DNA of 64,000 nt, from positions 11,007-75,006 of the IMG/VR virus record IMGVR_UViG_3300037400_001189, one strand, 5' to 3'. This DNA is from a virus (taxonomy: Duplodnaviria > Caudoviricetes). This document shows, piece after piece, positions 33,351 through 43,278 of this stretch. Position numbers and translations under genes: made by a program. The notes beneath the pieces were generated by a model. It did not search any database and was not told the DNA's origin. It worked only from the letters and a program-made list of their open reading frames with translations. Position 1 is the first letter of the stretch. The number at the start of each line of letters is the position of its first letter.

Positions 33351-33538
33351 CCGGGGGGAGTCTTCGATTTCTTGAGCTCGGTGGCGCAGTGCTACCTCCA
33401 TAAAAAATTATTAAAATTTCAAGTATAATTTTGACCAGTATGCTATGGAGATTTATATGGAACAGAACAGATGGTTTTTCTTTATATGGCTTTGGAACTT
33501 GATTAAGAAGGTTAATAAATTATTAGGAGGACACTAGT

Positions 33539-33856
33539 ATGAAAGCTATGATTAGCCAGCCTATGGCTGGAAAGACTGATGAAGAAATACAGATGGCTAA
33601 GATTAAAGCTTCTAAAGATTTGGAAGATATGGGATATGAAGTGGTAGATACTCTCTTTAGCGGTGACTGGTGCAATCGTGAATCACTGAAAAGACTAGGC
33701 ATAGCTAATATTCCTTTATGGTTTCTTTCCAAGTCTCTTGAGAAGATGAGCGAATGCGATGCAGTGTATTTCTGCAAGGGATGGGCTAATGCAAGAGGAT
33801 GCAAGGTAGAGCATGAAGCTGCTCTTAGATATGACTTAAGGTGCATTCATGAATAG
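33539..33856 (+). CDS. DUF4406 / nucleoside 2-deoxyribosyltransferase-like protein
   Basis: MISQPMAG, SKSLEKMSECDAVYFCKGW and RGCKVE motifs. Confidence 0.75.
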   Translation: MKAMISQPMAGKTDEEIQMAKIKASKDLEDMGYEVVDTLFSGDWCNRESLKRLGIANIPLWFLSKSLEKMSECDAVYFCKGWANARGCKVEHEAALRYDLRCIHE

Positions 33857-34013
33857 ATTCAAGATAGCCAGAAGACTTATAGTATGGTTTATGAGTCTAT
33901 GGGACGATAACTGGTGGTACAGCTACAGGTATGACAGATGGTTTCCCAAGTGCAGGAACTGCTATGGAGAAAGAACATGGAAATGTCCTGTAGACTGTGA
34001 AGGAGACAGGTAA
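33849..34013 (+). CDS. Small Trp/Cys-rich protein, 54 aa, not in the ORF track
   Basis: MNRFKIARRLIVWFMSLWDDNWWYSYRYDRWFPKCRNCYGERTWKCPVDCEGDR; its TAA overlaps the terminase small subunit ATG. Confidence 0.55.
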   Translation: MNRFKIARRLIVWFMSLWDDNWWYSYRYDRWFPKCRNCYGERTWKCPVDCEGDR

Positions 34014-34693
34014 TGGAAATAGAGGCTGTTAAAAGGCTCGTTCCCAAGAACCAGAGAGGAATGATAACTCCTGAGTTCTGCGAGAAGGTGGAGAAATGCG
34101 TTAACGATCCAGTTCTTGCAGAACAGGTAAAGAGCAATTTCATTTCCTATCTGAATGTGCTTAGCACTGGCAAGTTCTCCATGGACGAGTATCTTAATGC
34201 AGTGAAGTATGTATCGTTCAAGCTTCTCAACTATACCAATAGAGATGCCTATGCAGCTACCTTCCCTGACAGATGGGAGAGAATGGTGAAGGAAGGTGTA
34301 GAAGAGAAAAGGATGGATGCATATGTGGCAATGTACAACAAGTCCAAGCTTGTGATGGCTATCTATGAGCAGACTATTGTTCCTACATATGTTCTTAATG
34401 CTCCTCTGCATCAGGAAGCATTGAATGTTCTTGCAAAGATGATAAAGGATCCTTCTGTAAGAGGAATGGCTAAGGTAAAGGCATGCGAAGCTATTCTTAC
34501 CCATACTAAGCAGCCAGAGATAGTGAAGGGAGAATTGACCATAGGACTGCAGGAGAACGAGACTATAGCAGAGCTTAGGGAAGTTACTGAACAGCTTGCC
34601 AATACCTTTAGAGCTTCCATAGGAAAGGGAAAGACATTGCAGGATGTAGCTGAAGCACAAATCATAGATGTCAAGGTAGAGGAGATAGAGTAA
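34013..34693 (+). CDS. terS: Terminase small subunit (N4 gp69-like)
   Basis: YLNAVKYVSFKL, YVAMYNKSKLV and VKACEAILTH motifs; directly upstream of the large terminase. Confidence 0.75.
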   Translation: MEIEAVKRLVPKNQRGMITPEFCEKVEKCVNDPVLAEQVKSNFISYLNVLSTGKFSMDEYLNAVKYVSFKLLNYTNRDAYAATFPDRWERMVKEGVEEKRMDAYVAMYNKSKLVMAIYEQTIVPTYVLNAPLHQEALNVLAKMIKDPSVRGMAKVKACEAILTHTKQPEIVKGELTIGLQENETIAELREVTEQLANTFRASIGKGKTLQDVAEAQIIDVKVEEIE

Positions 34694-36303
34694 TGGATGC
34701 TGAAGTTAATTCTACCTTGGATGATCTGCTTAAGAAAGTAGACTACCATAAGTTCAATGAAGGATATGTCCCTACTGCCTTTGCTGTTAAGTTTATTAAC
34801 TTTATTAAGCTAGTTAATGGAGAAGCAGGAGAAGAAAATAAGTCTCCTTTGTTTCACTATGACATGCTTGATGCAGTGCATGACAATAGCAATACTCTCA
34901 TAGTCAGCTTCCGTGGTTCAGCCAAGTCTACTGTCATGGCAGAATACATGTTTCTGTACATAGCAGTATTTGGACAGCTTGATGGATTTGGAAATGTCAC
35001 TGTAGCCATGTATGTAGGCGATACTATGGAGAATGGCTGCAAGAACCTTAGAGCCAACATAGAGCACAGGTATACTAATTCTGAGTTCTTGAAAAAGTTT
35101 ATCCCAAAGACTAGGTTTACTGATGTAGAGATGGAGTTTGTCAATGCAGAAGGACACCAGTTCTGTGTCAGAATGTTTGGTGCCAATACAGGTGTCCGTG
35201 GTTTCAAGAAGTATGGACAGAGACCTCAGTTTGCAGTGCTTGACGACTTGATGTCTGATAAAAGTGCAGAGTCAAAGACTATTGTCAAAGACATAGAGAA
35301 TGTCATATACAAAGCTGTCAGGCAAGCTATGCATCCTACTAAAAGAAAAGTTGTATGGATAGGAACTCCTTTTAATAAGAAGGATCCTCTTTACAAGGCT
35401 GCAGGAAGTCCAGCATGGACTACTAGAGCCTATCCCATATGCGAGAAGTTTCCCTGCATCAAGGGAGAATTCATAGGAGCATGGGAAGACAGATTCAGTT
35501 ACAAGGCTGTGAAGGCAGAGTATGATTTGCTTAAAAGCACTGGCAAGATAGATGCCTTTAATCAGGAATTGATGCTGAGGATTCTTAGCGATGATGACAG
35601 GCTTGTACTGGATGAAGACATTATCTGGTACAAGAGAAGTTCAGTAATGGATAGCTTGGAAGACTATAATGTCTATATAACTACTGACTTTGCTACCAGT
35701 GAAGATGATAGGTCTGATTTCTCTGTTATATCAGTATGGGCAGTGGATTATACAGGAAGGTTTCACTGGATAGATGGAATAGTTAAGAGACAGGACATGG
35801 CTAAGAATATGGATGATCTGTTTAGGCTTGTAGACTTGTATCATCCATTAAGCACTGGCATAGAGGTGTCTGGACAGCAGAAGGGATTTGTAGCTTGGGC
35901 TAAGAGAGAGATGGTAACTAGAGGAATATTCTTTGGAATAGCTTCAGACAAGACTTCTGGAGAGGAGGGATTAAGACCTAATACTAGCAAGCTTACTAGG
36001 TTTAATGTAGCTCTTCCTTTATTCAAGGCTAGGAAGATAGCTTTTCCAGAAGAATTAAAGGAATCTGCTTCAATGGTGGAATTCATGGATGAATTGACTA
36101 GCGTTACTCCCAGTGGATTCAAGTCTCAGCATGACGACTGTGCAGATACAATTAGTCAGCTTCCATTGATAGATTATTTCTCTCCAATGGATCCTAAGCT
36201 GAAAAAGAAGAGTCCTGCAGTTGAACCAGTATGCAGAGGAAGATATTTTGACTTAGGTGTAGAGCAGGCTGAAACCAATCAGCTTGCTTCATACATCGTA
36301 TAG
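34693..36303 (+). CDS. terL: Terminase large subunit (N4 gp68-like)
   Basis: FRGSAKST P-loop, AVLDDL Walker B, IGTPFN, nuclease TTDFATS and HDDCADT motifs. Confidence 0.93.
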   Translation: MDAEVNSTLDDLLKKVDYHKFNEGYVPTAFAVKFINFIKLVNGEAGEENKSPLFHYDMLDAVHDNSNTLIVSFRGSAKSTVMAEYMFLYIAVFGQLDGFGNVTVAMYVGDTMENGCKNLRANIEHRYTNSEFLKKFIPKTRFTDVEMEFVNAEGHQFCVRMFGANTGVRGFKKYGQRPQFAVLDDLMSDKSAESKTIVKDIENVIYKAVRQAMHPTKRKVVWIGTPFNKKDPLYKAAGSPAWTTRAYPICEKFPCIKGEFIGAWEDRFSYKAVKAEYDLLKSTGKIDAFNQELMLRILSDDDRLVLDEDIIWYKRSSVMDSLEDYNVYITTDFATSEDDRSDFSVISVWAVDYTGRFHWIDGIVKRQDMAKNMDDLFRLVDLYHPLSTGIEVSGQQKGFVAWAKREMVTRGIFFGIASDKTSGEEGLRPNTSKLTRFNVALPLFKARKIAFPEELKESASMVEFMDELTSVTPSGFKSQHDDCADTISQLPLIDYFSPMDPKLKKKSPAVEPVCRGRYFDLGVEQAETNQLASYIV

Positions 36304-36311
36304 GAGGACAG

Positions 36312-36722
36312 ATGAAAACAGCTGTCTGTAATTTGGAACTGTATCAGGGAAATGATGATATCTATGTTCTTAAGTTTGAAGACGTAGACAATGATGGAAA
36401 CAAGACTCAGTCGGATCTTACAGGATACTATTTCTTTATGGCTGTAAAGGCTGAAATAACTGGAGATGCATTGGCTGAATTGAGTACAGGCAATGGCTGT
36501 ATTCGTTCAGGTATACTGAATGAAGAAGGAAGCTTTGAAGATTCAGAAGTTAAGCCTTATGCCATTAGACTGCAGTTTCCTCACGAGTTTACTGAAACTC
36601 TTCAGTTTCCCAAGTATGTATATGACTTGTTTGGCATAAAGAAGGACGGAACTAGAGAAGTGCTCATGAAAGGCTCTCTAGACGTGTCTAGGAGCGTTAG
36701 CTATGGGTCTAAACGCAAATAG
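36312..36722 (+). CDS. Putative tail/baseplate adaptor (BppU N-terminal-like Ig fold)
   Basis: LELYQGNDD...DLTGY...YVYDL...LMKG pattern. Confidence 0.55.
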   Translation: MKTAVCNLELYQGNDDIYVLKFEDVDNDGNKTQSDLTGYYFFMAVKAEITGDALAELSTGNGCIRSGILNEEGSFEDSEVKPYAIRLQFPHEFTETLQFPKYVYDLFGIKKDGTREVLMKGSLDVSRSVSYGSKRK

Positions 36723-37020
36723 CATAGTTACAGTCCAGAAAGTAAGGCATAATGTTTCTGCCATAGAAAAGCCAAAGCATACTGAAATACTTGTAATGAA
36801 GGCTGCTGCTGGATCTGACGGCAGAGATGGCAGAAATGGATATGACGGAAGAGACGGCATAGATGGTCAGGATGGAGAAGTGTTTGTTCCTCATGTAAAT
36901 GACAGAGGCATTATAGAGTGGACAAAGGAATCTAATCCTGAATCTGCCAGTTCTATTAACATGCTGGCTAACATAGCTAGCATAACTAATATTGAAATTT
37001 TGAATATAGTAAATAGCTAG
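36703..37020 (+). CDS. Short collagen-repeat tail-associated protein ending in ITNIEIL
   Basis: GSDGRDGRNGYDGRDGIDGQDG Gly-X-Y repeats. Confidence 0.75.
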   Translation: MGLNANSIVTVQKVRHNVSAIEKPKHTEILVMKAAAGSDGRDGRNGYDGRDGIDGQDGEVFVPHVNDRGIIEWTKESNPESASSINMLANIASITNIEILNIVNS

Positions 37021-37028
37021 GAGATGGT

Positions 37029-38504
37029 ATGGCTGCTACAAAATATCTAGATTATGATGGTTTGCTTTATTTCTGGTCTTTAATCAAAGCTAAGCTTGCT
37101 CTTAAAGCTGATGCACAGTCTGTAACTGCAGGTTCATATGGACCTAGTGCTGATGCTAGTCCTGCACATAGCGGTACATTCAAGGTTCCTTATGTACAGG
37201 TAACTTCTCAAGGTGTTGTTACTGCTATTTCAGAGAAGACTATTACTCTTCCTGCTAGTGGCAATACTGATACCAAGGTAAAGCAGAACCTTAAGGCTAC
37301 TTCTGATACTGGCAAGTATCCTATTCTTTTAAAGAATAGTACCACAGCTACAGATAACCCTACAGGTGAAGCTAACTATGCTGCAGCTATTACTGTACAG
37401 CCTTCTACAGGTACAGTTAAAGCTACCAAGTTTGAAGGTGCAGTAACTGGCAATGCTGATAGTGCTACTGAATTTAGTTCTGCCCAGTCTGTGACTCTTA
37501 CTGGAGATGTTACTGGTACAGCATCTAGCAAAGCAGGATGGTCTATTGCCACTACTCTTGCTGATTCTGGTGTTGCTGCAGGAACAGTTGGCAATACTAC
37601 TCAGCAGACTCCTTCACATGGCGGTACATTTAATATTCCTTATGTAACTGTTGATGCTAAAGGCAGAGTTACTGCTGCAGGAACTACTACAGTAAAGCTT
37701 CCTGCTGATAACAATACAGATACTTTAGTTACTCAGAACGTTTCTACTGCTAATGAAGAACATCCTATTCTTTTAACTGTAACTAAGGATGCTGTTAACA
37801 ATCAAGGAGCAAAGACTTCTATATTTGCTGCTGGTGTTAAAGTTAATCCTTCTACCGGAACCATTACTGCTACAAAGTTTAGCGGTGCTGTACAAGGTAA
37901 AGCTACAGATGCAGATCATGCAGATGAAGCAGATGTTGCTGATAAAGTAACTAACGATTTAGTCCTTAAGATTAAAACTGGTACATCTGAAGGAACTAGT
38001 CTTTATACTTATAATGGCAGTGCAGGAAAGACTTTAGATATTAAACAGGGAAGTAATATTACTCTTACTGCTGCAGCTAACAGTCTTACTATTGCCGGTG
38101 TAGGTGATACAAAAAATACTGCTGGTTCTACTGATTCTTCTAGCAAGTTGTTTATTATAGGTGCTACTTCACAAGCAGCTAATCCTCAGACGTATAGCCA
38201 AGATACTGCTTATGTAGGTACTGATGGATGTTTGTATTCTAATAGCAAGAAATGTTTTACTTCAGATGATGCTTATACCAAAACTGAAATAGATAATAAA
38301 CTTACTTCTGCTATGCATTATAAGGGCAGTAAAAATACTTATGCTGATCTTCCTGCTACAGGTAATGCAGTAGGTGATTTTTACAATATTACTCAAACTG
38401 GAGAAAACTATGCTTGGACAGGTGATACATGGGATGTAACAGGCAGCATAGTTGATCTTCAGTCTATTACTAATGCTGAAATTGATACTGTAGTTGCTAG
38501 CTAA
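37029..38504 (+). CDS. Tail fibre protein (Thr/Ala-rich, internal duplications)
   Basis: Repeated PSHxGTFxxPYV and DTxVxQN...YPILL modules; N-terminal YLDYDGLLYFW; C-terminal ITNAEID. Confidence 0.8.
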   Translation: MAATKYLDYDGLLYFWSLIKAKLALKADAQSVTAGSYGPSADASPAHSGTFKVPYVQVTSQGVVTAISEKTITLPASGNTDTKVKQNLKATSDTGKYPILLKNSTTATDNPTGEANYAAAITVQPSTGTVKATKFEGAVTGNADSATEFSSAQSVTLTGDVTGTASSKAGWSIATTLADSGVAAGTVGNTTQQTPSHGGTFNIPYVTVDAKGRVTAAGTTTVKLPADNNTDTLVTQNVSTANEEHPILLTVTKDAVNNQGAKTSIFAAGVKVNPSTGTITATKFSGAVQGKATDADHADEADVADKVTNDLVLKIKTGTSEGTSLYTYNGSAGKTLDIKQGSNITLTAAANSLTIAGVGDTKNTAGSTDSSSKLFIIGATSQAANPQTYSQDTAYVGTDGCLYSNSKKCFTSDDAYTKTEIDNKLTSAMHYKGSKNTYADLPATGNAVGDFYNITQTGENYAWTGDTWDVTGSIVDLQSITNAEIDTVVAS

Positions 38505-38514
38505 GGAGTAGGTT

Positions 38515-41379
38515 ATGGCTGTAAAGTTTCTAGATAATACTGGCCTTGCTTATTTTTGGACGAAGATAAAGAACTACGTTATAAATTTGCTTAGCTCAAA
38601 AGCAGATGATTCTGCTGTTGTGCATATTGCTGAGGCAGAAACGGTAACTGGAGCTAAGACATTCACATCAACCGTTGCTACTAATGGCTCTTATACAAAA
38701 AAAGCAGGTAACATAGATAAAACGGCAACTGGTACTGGAGAACAGGAATCTGTAATATTCAATACCGTCGATAAAAATAACATTGCAATATGTCAATTAA
38801 ATGCAGAACGAAATCTTGTTGAAGCATTTCAAGAACTTCGATTTAGAAATTGGAATATCAATAATCTTTGGAGTGATTTTAGACTAAGATGTACTGATGA
38901 TAACAAATATTGGCTTACTATGGCGGCCAAAAATGGAATGAGTTTTGGTCTTTCTGCAACAGATAATAGTCTTAGCATTCCAACTACATCTTGGGTAAGA
39001 TCTGCAACTGGAAATTTTGCCTGCAATGCAGCCACCGCTTCTGCTGTTGCATGGTCTGGTATTACTAATAAACCTACGACTATATCTGGTTATGGTATTA
39101 CTGATGCCAAGATAGCCAATGGAACAATAACCCTTGGTTCCAATAGCATCACACCTTTAACTTCTCATCAAACATTACCTACTCTTAGTAGAACTATATC
39201 TGGTTCTGGTAATGCCATTACAGACATTACTGTATCCAATCATGCTATAACTGCTACTAAAGGAAGCACATTTCTTACATCTGCTTCTACTTTAGATGCT
39301 ACTAAGTTATCTGGTACTATTCCTTCTAGTTGCTATACTAATACAACTTATACTGCTGGTACTGGGTTATCTCTTAGTGGTACAAAGTTTTCTTTAGCTA
39401 GTCATAATCAGGCATCGAATACTATCAATGCTATGACCGGATACAGCAAGCCCAGTTCTACGTCTGCTATCGCGGCTAGTGATACTCTCAACCAAGCCAT
39501 AGGCAAGCTGGAAAAAGCCGTAGACGATGCAGATATTTCAAATGTTGTACATAAAACTGGCGATGAAATTATTCAAGGTGTAAAAACTTTTAGTAATGCT
39601 CATAATTGGTACACAGATGGTGCTGAAACTTTATCAAGTATTCAAATACAATGTCCTTTTTTAGAAAGGAACACAGTACCAGTAGATGCAAGTTATGGTG
39701 GTTTAATTATTTTAGATAAAAATGCTAATGGAGTTGATATAGATTATAGCCATAGATTAGCTGCATTAGAATTTTCTAAGTTAGCTGATAATACTTCTTA
39801 TATACGATTAAAAACATATAATCCAACAACTATAGGTGCTGGTTTTGAACAAATATCTGTAGGATATGATGAGAATACTATACCATATAGTACTGCTCCA
39901 TCTACATCTTTAGATAGAACTGATGGTGAAGATATTTTAACAAGAAATTGGATACCAAAAGATACAAGAATAGTACACACAACAGGTGCTGAAACTGTAG
40001 CTGGAGCTAAAACCCTAAATGATAAGTTAACTATAAATAATGAAATTCAAATAAATAGGGATAACGGTTCTGTATTCGGGTTATATCTTAGAGGTGCTAA
40101 TCAAAATTTTGGTATTTGTCTATCTGCTACAGATATAACTAAAGGTACAAATCCGAGTGCTACAGAACAATATGGTATAGGTTTTTACGGTACTGATGTA
40201 AGTAGCTGGAAGCAACGTATTGGTTATATAGGTGGTAAAGTAGCTACAAACGGATTGTGTACTTTTGGTATATATACCTATGATTTTCATAAAACTGATG
40301 GAACTAGTAGTGGTATTGAAGTTACTATAGATGCTAATGGTGCAGCATATACTTCTGCTGTTACTCCTGCAGCATCTTCAAATACAACAAATATTGCTAC
40401 TACTGCATGGGTAAGAACATTTTGTGATACTACTCAAAAATACATGAAAGCTGTATCTGTTACAGGATCTGGTAATGCTGTAACTACTGCTTCTCTTTCT
40501 AATGGTACTCTTACTCTTACTAAAGGAACTACATTTCTTACTAGTCATCAAAGTTTAGCTAATTATGCTACTTTAAATACTGAACAAACTTTTTCTCGTG
40601 GTAAACACTTTTGGTATTGGTCAGCTTTTAAAGATCAAACTTATACATATAAGCAACAAGTATATTGTGTAGTTCAATTTAGAGATAAAAATAATGCTAT
40701 TTATGCACAGAATAAAGTATTTGGATCAGAGGATGGTACAACAGCATATTATCAATGGATTTTAAACGATCCTAAAAAAACTATTAGTGATAGTAATAAC
40801 GTAACTATAGAATTAACTGTTACTAATTCTTCATGGACGTTTTGTCCAGTATCTAATAATGATAATGTTGTTACCCTAGGTTCTGCTGGAAGAAGATGGA
40901 AACAATTATATGCTGGTACTACTACTATTGGAACATCGGATAAACGGCTAAAAAATAGTATATCTGATATTCCTAGTAAAGTGTTAGATGCTTGGGATAA
41001 AATCAACTGGGTGCAATTCAAATTTAATGATGCTACTGATGAAAAGCCTGCTGATCAAGTTAGGCTACATACAGGTCTTATTGCCCAAGATATTCAACAA
41101 ATAATGTTGAATGATGATGTTGATATTAGTAAGTATGGACTATTTTGCTATGATGTATGGGAACATAAAGATCCTATATATGATAAAGAAGGAAATATTA
41201 TTCACAACGAGGTACAAGCTGGTGATAGGTATTCCTTACGTTATGAAGAAGCTCTCTGCATGGAAGCAGCATATCAAAGACGTAAAAATAAAATTTTAGA
41301 AAACCGTATCTCTGAACTTGAAAAGCAGGTTTCAGATATGCTAATTCTGTTACAGAATTTAACCAACGGTAATGGTTAA
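38515..41379 (+). CDS. Tail fibre / receptor-binding protein with C-terminal intramolecular chaperone (peptidase S74-like)
   Basis: Repeated VVHxxGxETxxGxKT linkers; SDKRLKN autocleavage motif; LHTGLIAQD; RYSLRYEE; coiled-coil end. Confidence 0.88.
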   Translation: MAVKFLDNTGLAYFWTKIKNYVINLLSSKADDSAVVHIAEAETVTGAKTFTSTVATNGSYTKKAGNIDKTATGTGEQESVIFNTVDKNNIAICQLNAERNLVEAFQELRFRNWNINNLWSDFRLRCTDDNKYWLTMAAKNGMSFGLSATDNSLSIPTTSWVRSATGNFACNAATASAVAWSGITNKPTTISGYGITDAKIANGTITLGSNSITPLTSHQTLPTLSRTISGSGNAITDITVSNHAITATKGSTFLTSASTLDATKLSGTIPSSCYTNTTYTAGTGLSLSGTKFSLASHNQASNTINAMTGYSKPSSTSAIAASDTLNQAIGKLEKAVDDADISNVVHKTGDEIIQGVKTFSNAHNWYTDGAETLSSIQIQCPFLERNTVPVDASYGGLIILDKNANGVDIDYSHRLAALEFSKLADNTSYIRLKTYNPTTIGAGFEQISVGYDENTIPYSTAPSTSLDRTDGEDILTRNWIPKDTRIVHTTGAETVAGAKTLNDKLTINNEIQINRDNGSVFGLYLRGANQNFGICLSATDITKGTNPSATEQYGIGFYGTDVSSWKQRIGYIGGKVATNGLCTFGIYTYDFHKTDGTSSGIEVTIDANGAAYTSAVTPAASSNTTNIATTAWVRTFCDTTQKYMKAVSVTGSGNAVTTASLSNGTLTLTKGTTFLTSHQSLANYATLNTEQTFSRGKHFWYWSAFKDQTYTYKQQVYCVVQFRDKNNAIYAQNKVFGSEDGTTAYYQWILNDPKKTISDSNNVTIELTVTNSSWTFCPVSNNDNVVTLGSAGRRWKQLYAGTTTIGTSDKRLKNSISDIPSKVLDAWDKINWVQFKFNDATDEKPADQVRLHTGLIAQDIQQIMLNDDVDISKYGLFCYDVWEHKDPIYDKEGNIIHNEVQAGDRYSLRYEEALCMEAAYQRRKNKILENRISELEKQVSDMLILLQNLTNGNG

Positions 41380-41407
41380 ATTATTCACTAACATTTAACA
41401 AAGGAGT

Positions 41408-42178
41408 ATGCCTATGGACAGTGTAGCTATGCCTGTTCTTGAAAACAGTGGTTTTGGTGGTGCTGGTATGGGTGCTGGTTTCATTGGTGGTTTAGTTCTT
41501 GGCTCCATCTGGAATGGTGGATGGGGAGGCTGGGGAGGCAATGGCAGAGGTGCTATGCAGGCAGGAGCAGATGTTGCTCTTGCTAATGCAGTAGAGCATG
41601 TTGGTGATGCTGTTAATCAGGGCACTATTTCTCAGCTTCAGTCTGCTAATCAGCTTGGTCTTCAGATTGCCAACAGCAATGCAGGTACTGTTAACGCTGT
41701 GAATCAGAATACCATTGCAGGCATGCAGGGCAATGCTCAGCTTGCTCAGCAGATGTGCATGTCTACTGGCAGATTGTCTCAGGAAATTGATCAGACTGGT
41801 GACATGACTAATGCTGCCATTAATCAGGTTAATATCCAGAGCATGCAGAATACTCAGGCTCTTGGTGAGAAGCTCTGTGCTATTAATAATAACATTACTT
41901 CTCAAGGCTACGAGAACAGGCTACAGGCTCAGGCATTAGCTTCTCAGCTTCAGGCTCAGCATGCAGAACTTTCTGCACAGATTTCTGATGAAAACTGCAA
42001 GGACAGGGAACTTATGCGTGAGATTGCTGCACAGAATGTCAGAGATCAGCTTGCTCAGGCTCAGGCTCAGAATGCTGCTCTTGTTGCTCAGATTAATCTT
42101 CAGGGACAGCTTCAGCAGCAAACCTTGTATCTTATCGACCAGTTGAAGACTACAACTACACCTACTGCAGGTGCATAG
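41408..42178 (+). CDS. Gly-rich hydrophobic N-terminus with Gln/Asn/Ala-rich coiled-coil body; function unknown
   Basis: GFGGAGMGAGFIGGLVLGSIWNGGWGG; Q/A-rich helices; followed by a terminator. Confidence 0.75.
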   Translation: MPMDSVAMPVLENSGFGGAGMGAGFIGGLVLGSIWNGGWGGWGGNGRGAMQAGADVALANAVEHVGDAVNQGTISQLQSANQLGLQIANSNAGTVNAVNQNTIAGMQGNAQLAQQMCMSTGRLSQEIDQTGDMTNAAINQVNIQSMQNTQALGEKLCAINNNITSQGYENRLQAQALASQLQAQHAELSAQISDENCKDRELMREIAAQNVRDQLAQAQAQNAALVAQINLQGQLQQQTLYLIDQLKTTTTPTAGA

Positions 42179-42203
42179 TAGACAATAGGTAGAAATTTGT
42201 ATA

Positions 42204-42233
42204 AGGAGCTTTATCAGTAAAGGTAAAGCTCCT
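42204..42233 (+). terminator. Rho-independent terminator
   Basis: AGGAGCTTTA/TAAAGCTCCT stem followed by ATTTT. Confidence 0.65.
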
Positions 42234-42254
42234 ATTTTATATAAGGAGTATGGT

Positions 42255-42716
42255 ATGGTGAGATGGATTTACCTTACTGGCAAGAAAGATACTACTGATG
42301 GTCTTATTGATGAACAGCTAAAGGAACAGATGCCTAACCATTCTTTTAGCGAATATGACCTTGAAGACCATGCTACTAAGCATAAGCTTGAACAAGTAAT
42401 GCATAATCTGGATGAATGGGTTAAAAAGCATATAGAAGAAAAAAAGGAAGAGCATTTCTATGACACTCAGAAGGAAATGATTACTTTTGAAAAACCAAAG
42501 GACTGGGCTTTCATGAAGCAGTCTGGAAATGTTCTTAAGAATTATCCTGCTACATGGATGACCTATCCTAATACTATAGAAGGAGCTAGGGGCATCATAG
42601 ACATGGAGTATAATGAGTATAAGAATGCAGCTTCATATCAGGATATAAGCCATGAACTGGTGCATCTAGCTTCAGCTTGTCTCTTGTTATGGAGGAAATT
42701 AAACAATGCTGAGTAA
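42255..42716 (+). CDS. Hypothetical protein
   Basis: 153-aa ORF with AAGGAG RBS. Confidence 0.7.
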   Translation: MVRWIYLTGKKDTTDGLIDEQLKEQMPNHSFSEYDLEDHATKHKLEQVMHNLDEWVKKHIEEKKEEHFYDTQKEMITFEKPKDWAFMKQSGNVLKNYPATWMTYPNTIEGARGIIDMEYNEYKNAASYQDISHELVHLASACLLLWRKLNNAE

Positions 42717-43278
42717 TCCCTACTTGCAGTCTTTTCAGCAGAACTATCTGCAACCACAGAGTTCTGACATGATAAAGATGCCTTCTTTGTCTCAGAATCT
42801 AGTGAAGCCTACTCTTGGTCTTACTCAAATAGAAAACTTCAAGCCAGTAGAACGGTTTACTGACAGTACTGGTACTCTATGGAAATTATCCAAATCTAGC
42901 TTTGATTCTACCAAGGATGTACCTGATCCTAAAGGAGTACAGATTTTAGACTACTGGAATCATGAGTTTCTTAATGTAAAGCAGAAGTTGTATGTTTATG
43001 TGGTAGAAGGCACTAGATTACCTAGAGTTGACACTGAGCAGCCTTCACGCATAATGTATCAATGGTTTAGTCAGACATTTGTTCCAAAGTTTGATCCTAC
43101 AATGATTACAGAGAAAGAATGGTTAAAAGCTAATATTTATTCTGCTCCAATAGTTGACTCTCGTGTAAGCAAGCTGTATGCGATATGTCATGTTACAGCT
43201 CCTGAACCACAAGTTGAAGCTGTCATAGACGAAAATGGTCTATTGAAAGTAGAGGAGCTGACTGATGAAACTGCTTAA
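42706..43278 (+). CDS. Hypothetical protein with Gln/Pro-rich N-terminus
   Basis: 190-aa ORF overlapping both neighbours. Confidence 0.7.
   Translation: MLSNPYLQSFQQNYLQPQSSDMIKMPSLSQNLVKPTLGLTQIENFKPVERFTDSTGTLWKLSKSSFDSTKDVPDPKGVQILDYWNHEFLNVKQKLYVYVVEGTRLPRVDTEQPSRIMYQWFSQTFVPKFDPTMITEKEWLKANIYSAPIVDSRVSKLYAICHVTAPEPQVEAVIDENGLLKVEELTDETA

Noticed and set aside
28500-33400. Possible CRISPR-like or mini-array in the early region
   Set aside because: Repeats are imperfect, irregularly spaced and separated by full genes; no constant-length spacers and no cas genes. The Cas4-like exonuclease sits in a normal replication block.
32946-33403. ORFs of 151 aa (-), 145 aa (+) and 82 aa (+) across the GCACAG tract
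   Set aside because: Low-complexity products of the repeat array; they overlap real genes and regulatory elements and lack an RBS.
30271-33856. DNA hypermodification system suggested by DUF488, DUF4406, deaminase and DUF6378 genes
   Set aside because: The genes are scattered, and I find no PurZ, queuosine-pathway, glycosyltransferase or hydroxymethylase gene; ThyX plus dUTPase implies ordinary thymine DNA.
33962-34660. 232-aa antisense ORF over the small terminase
   Set aside because: Fully overlaps a conserved gene on the opposite strand; no supporting signals.
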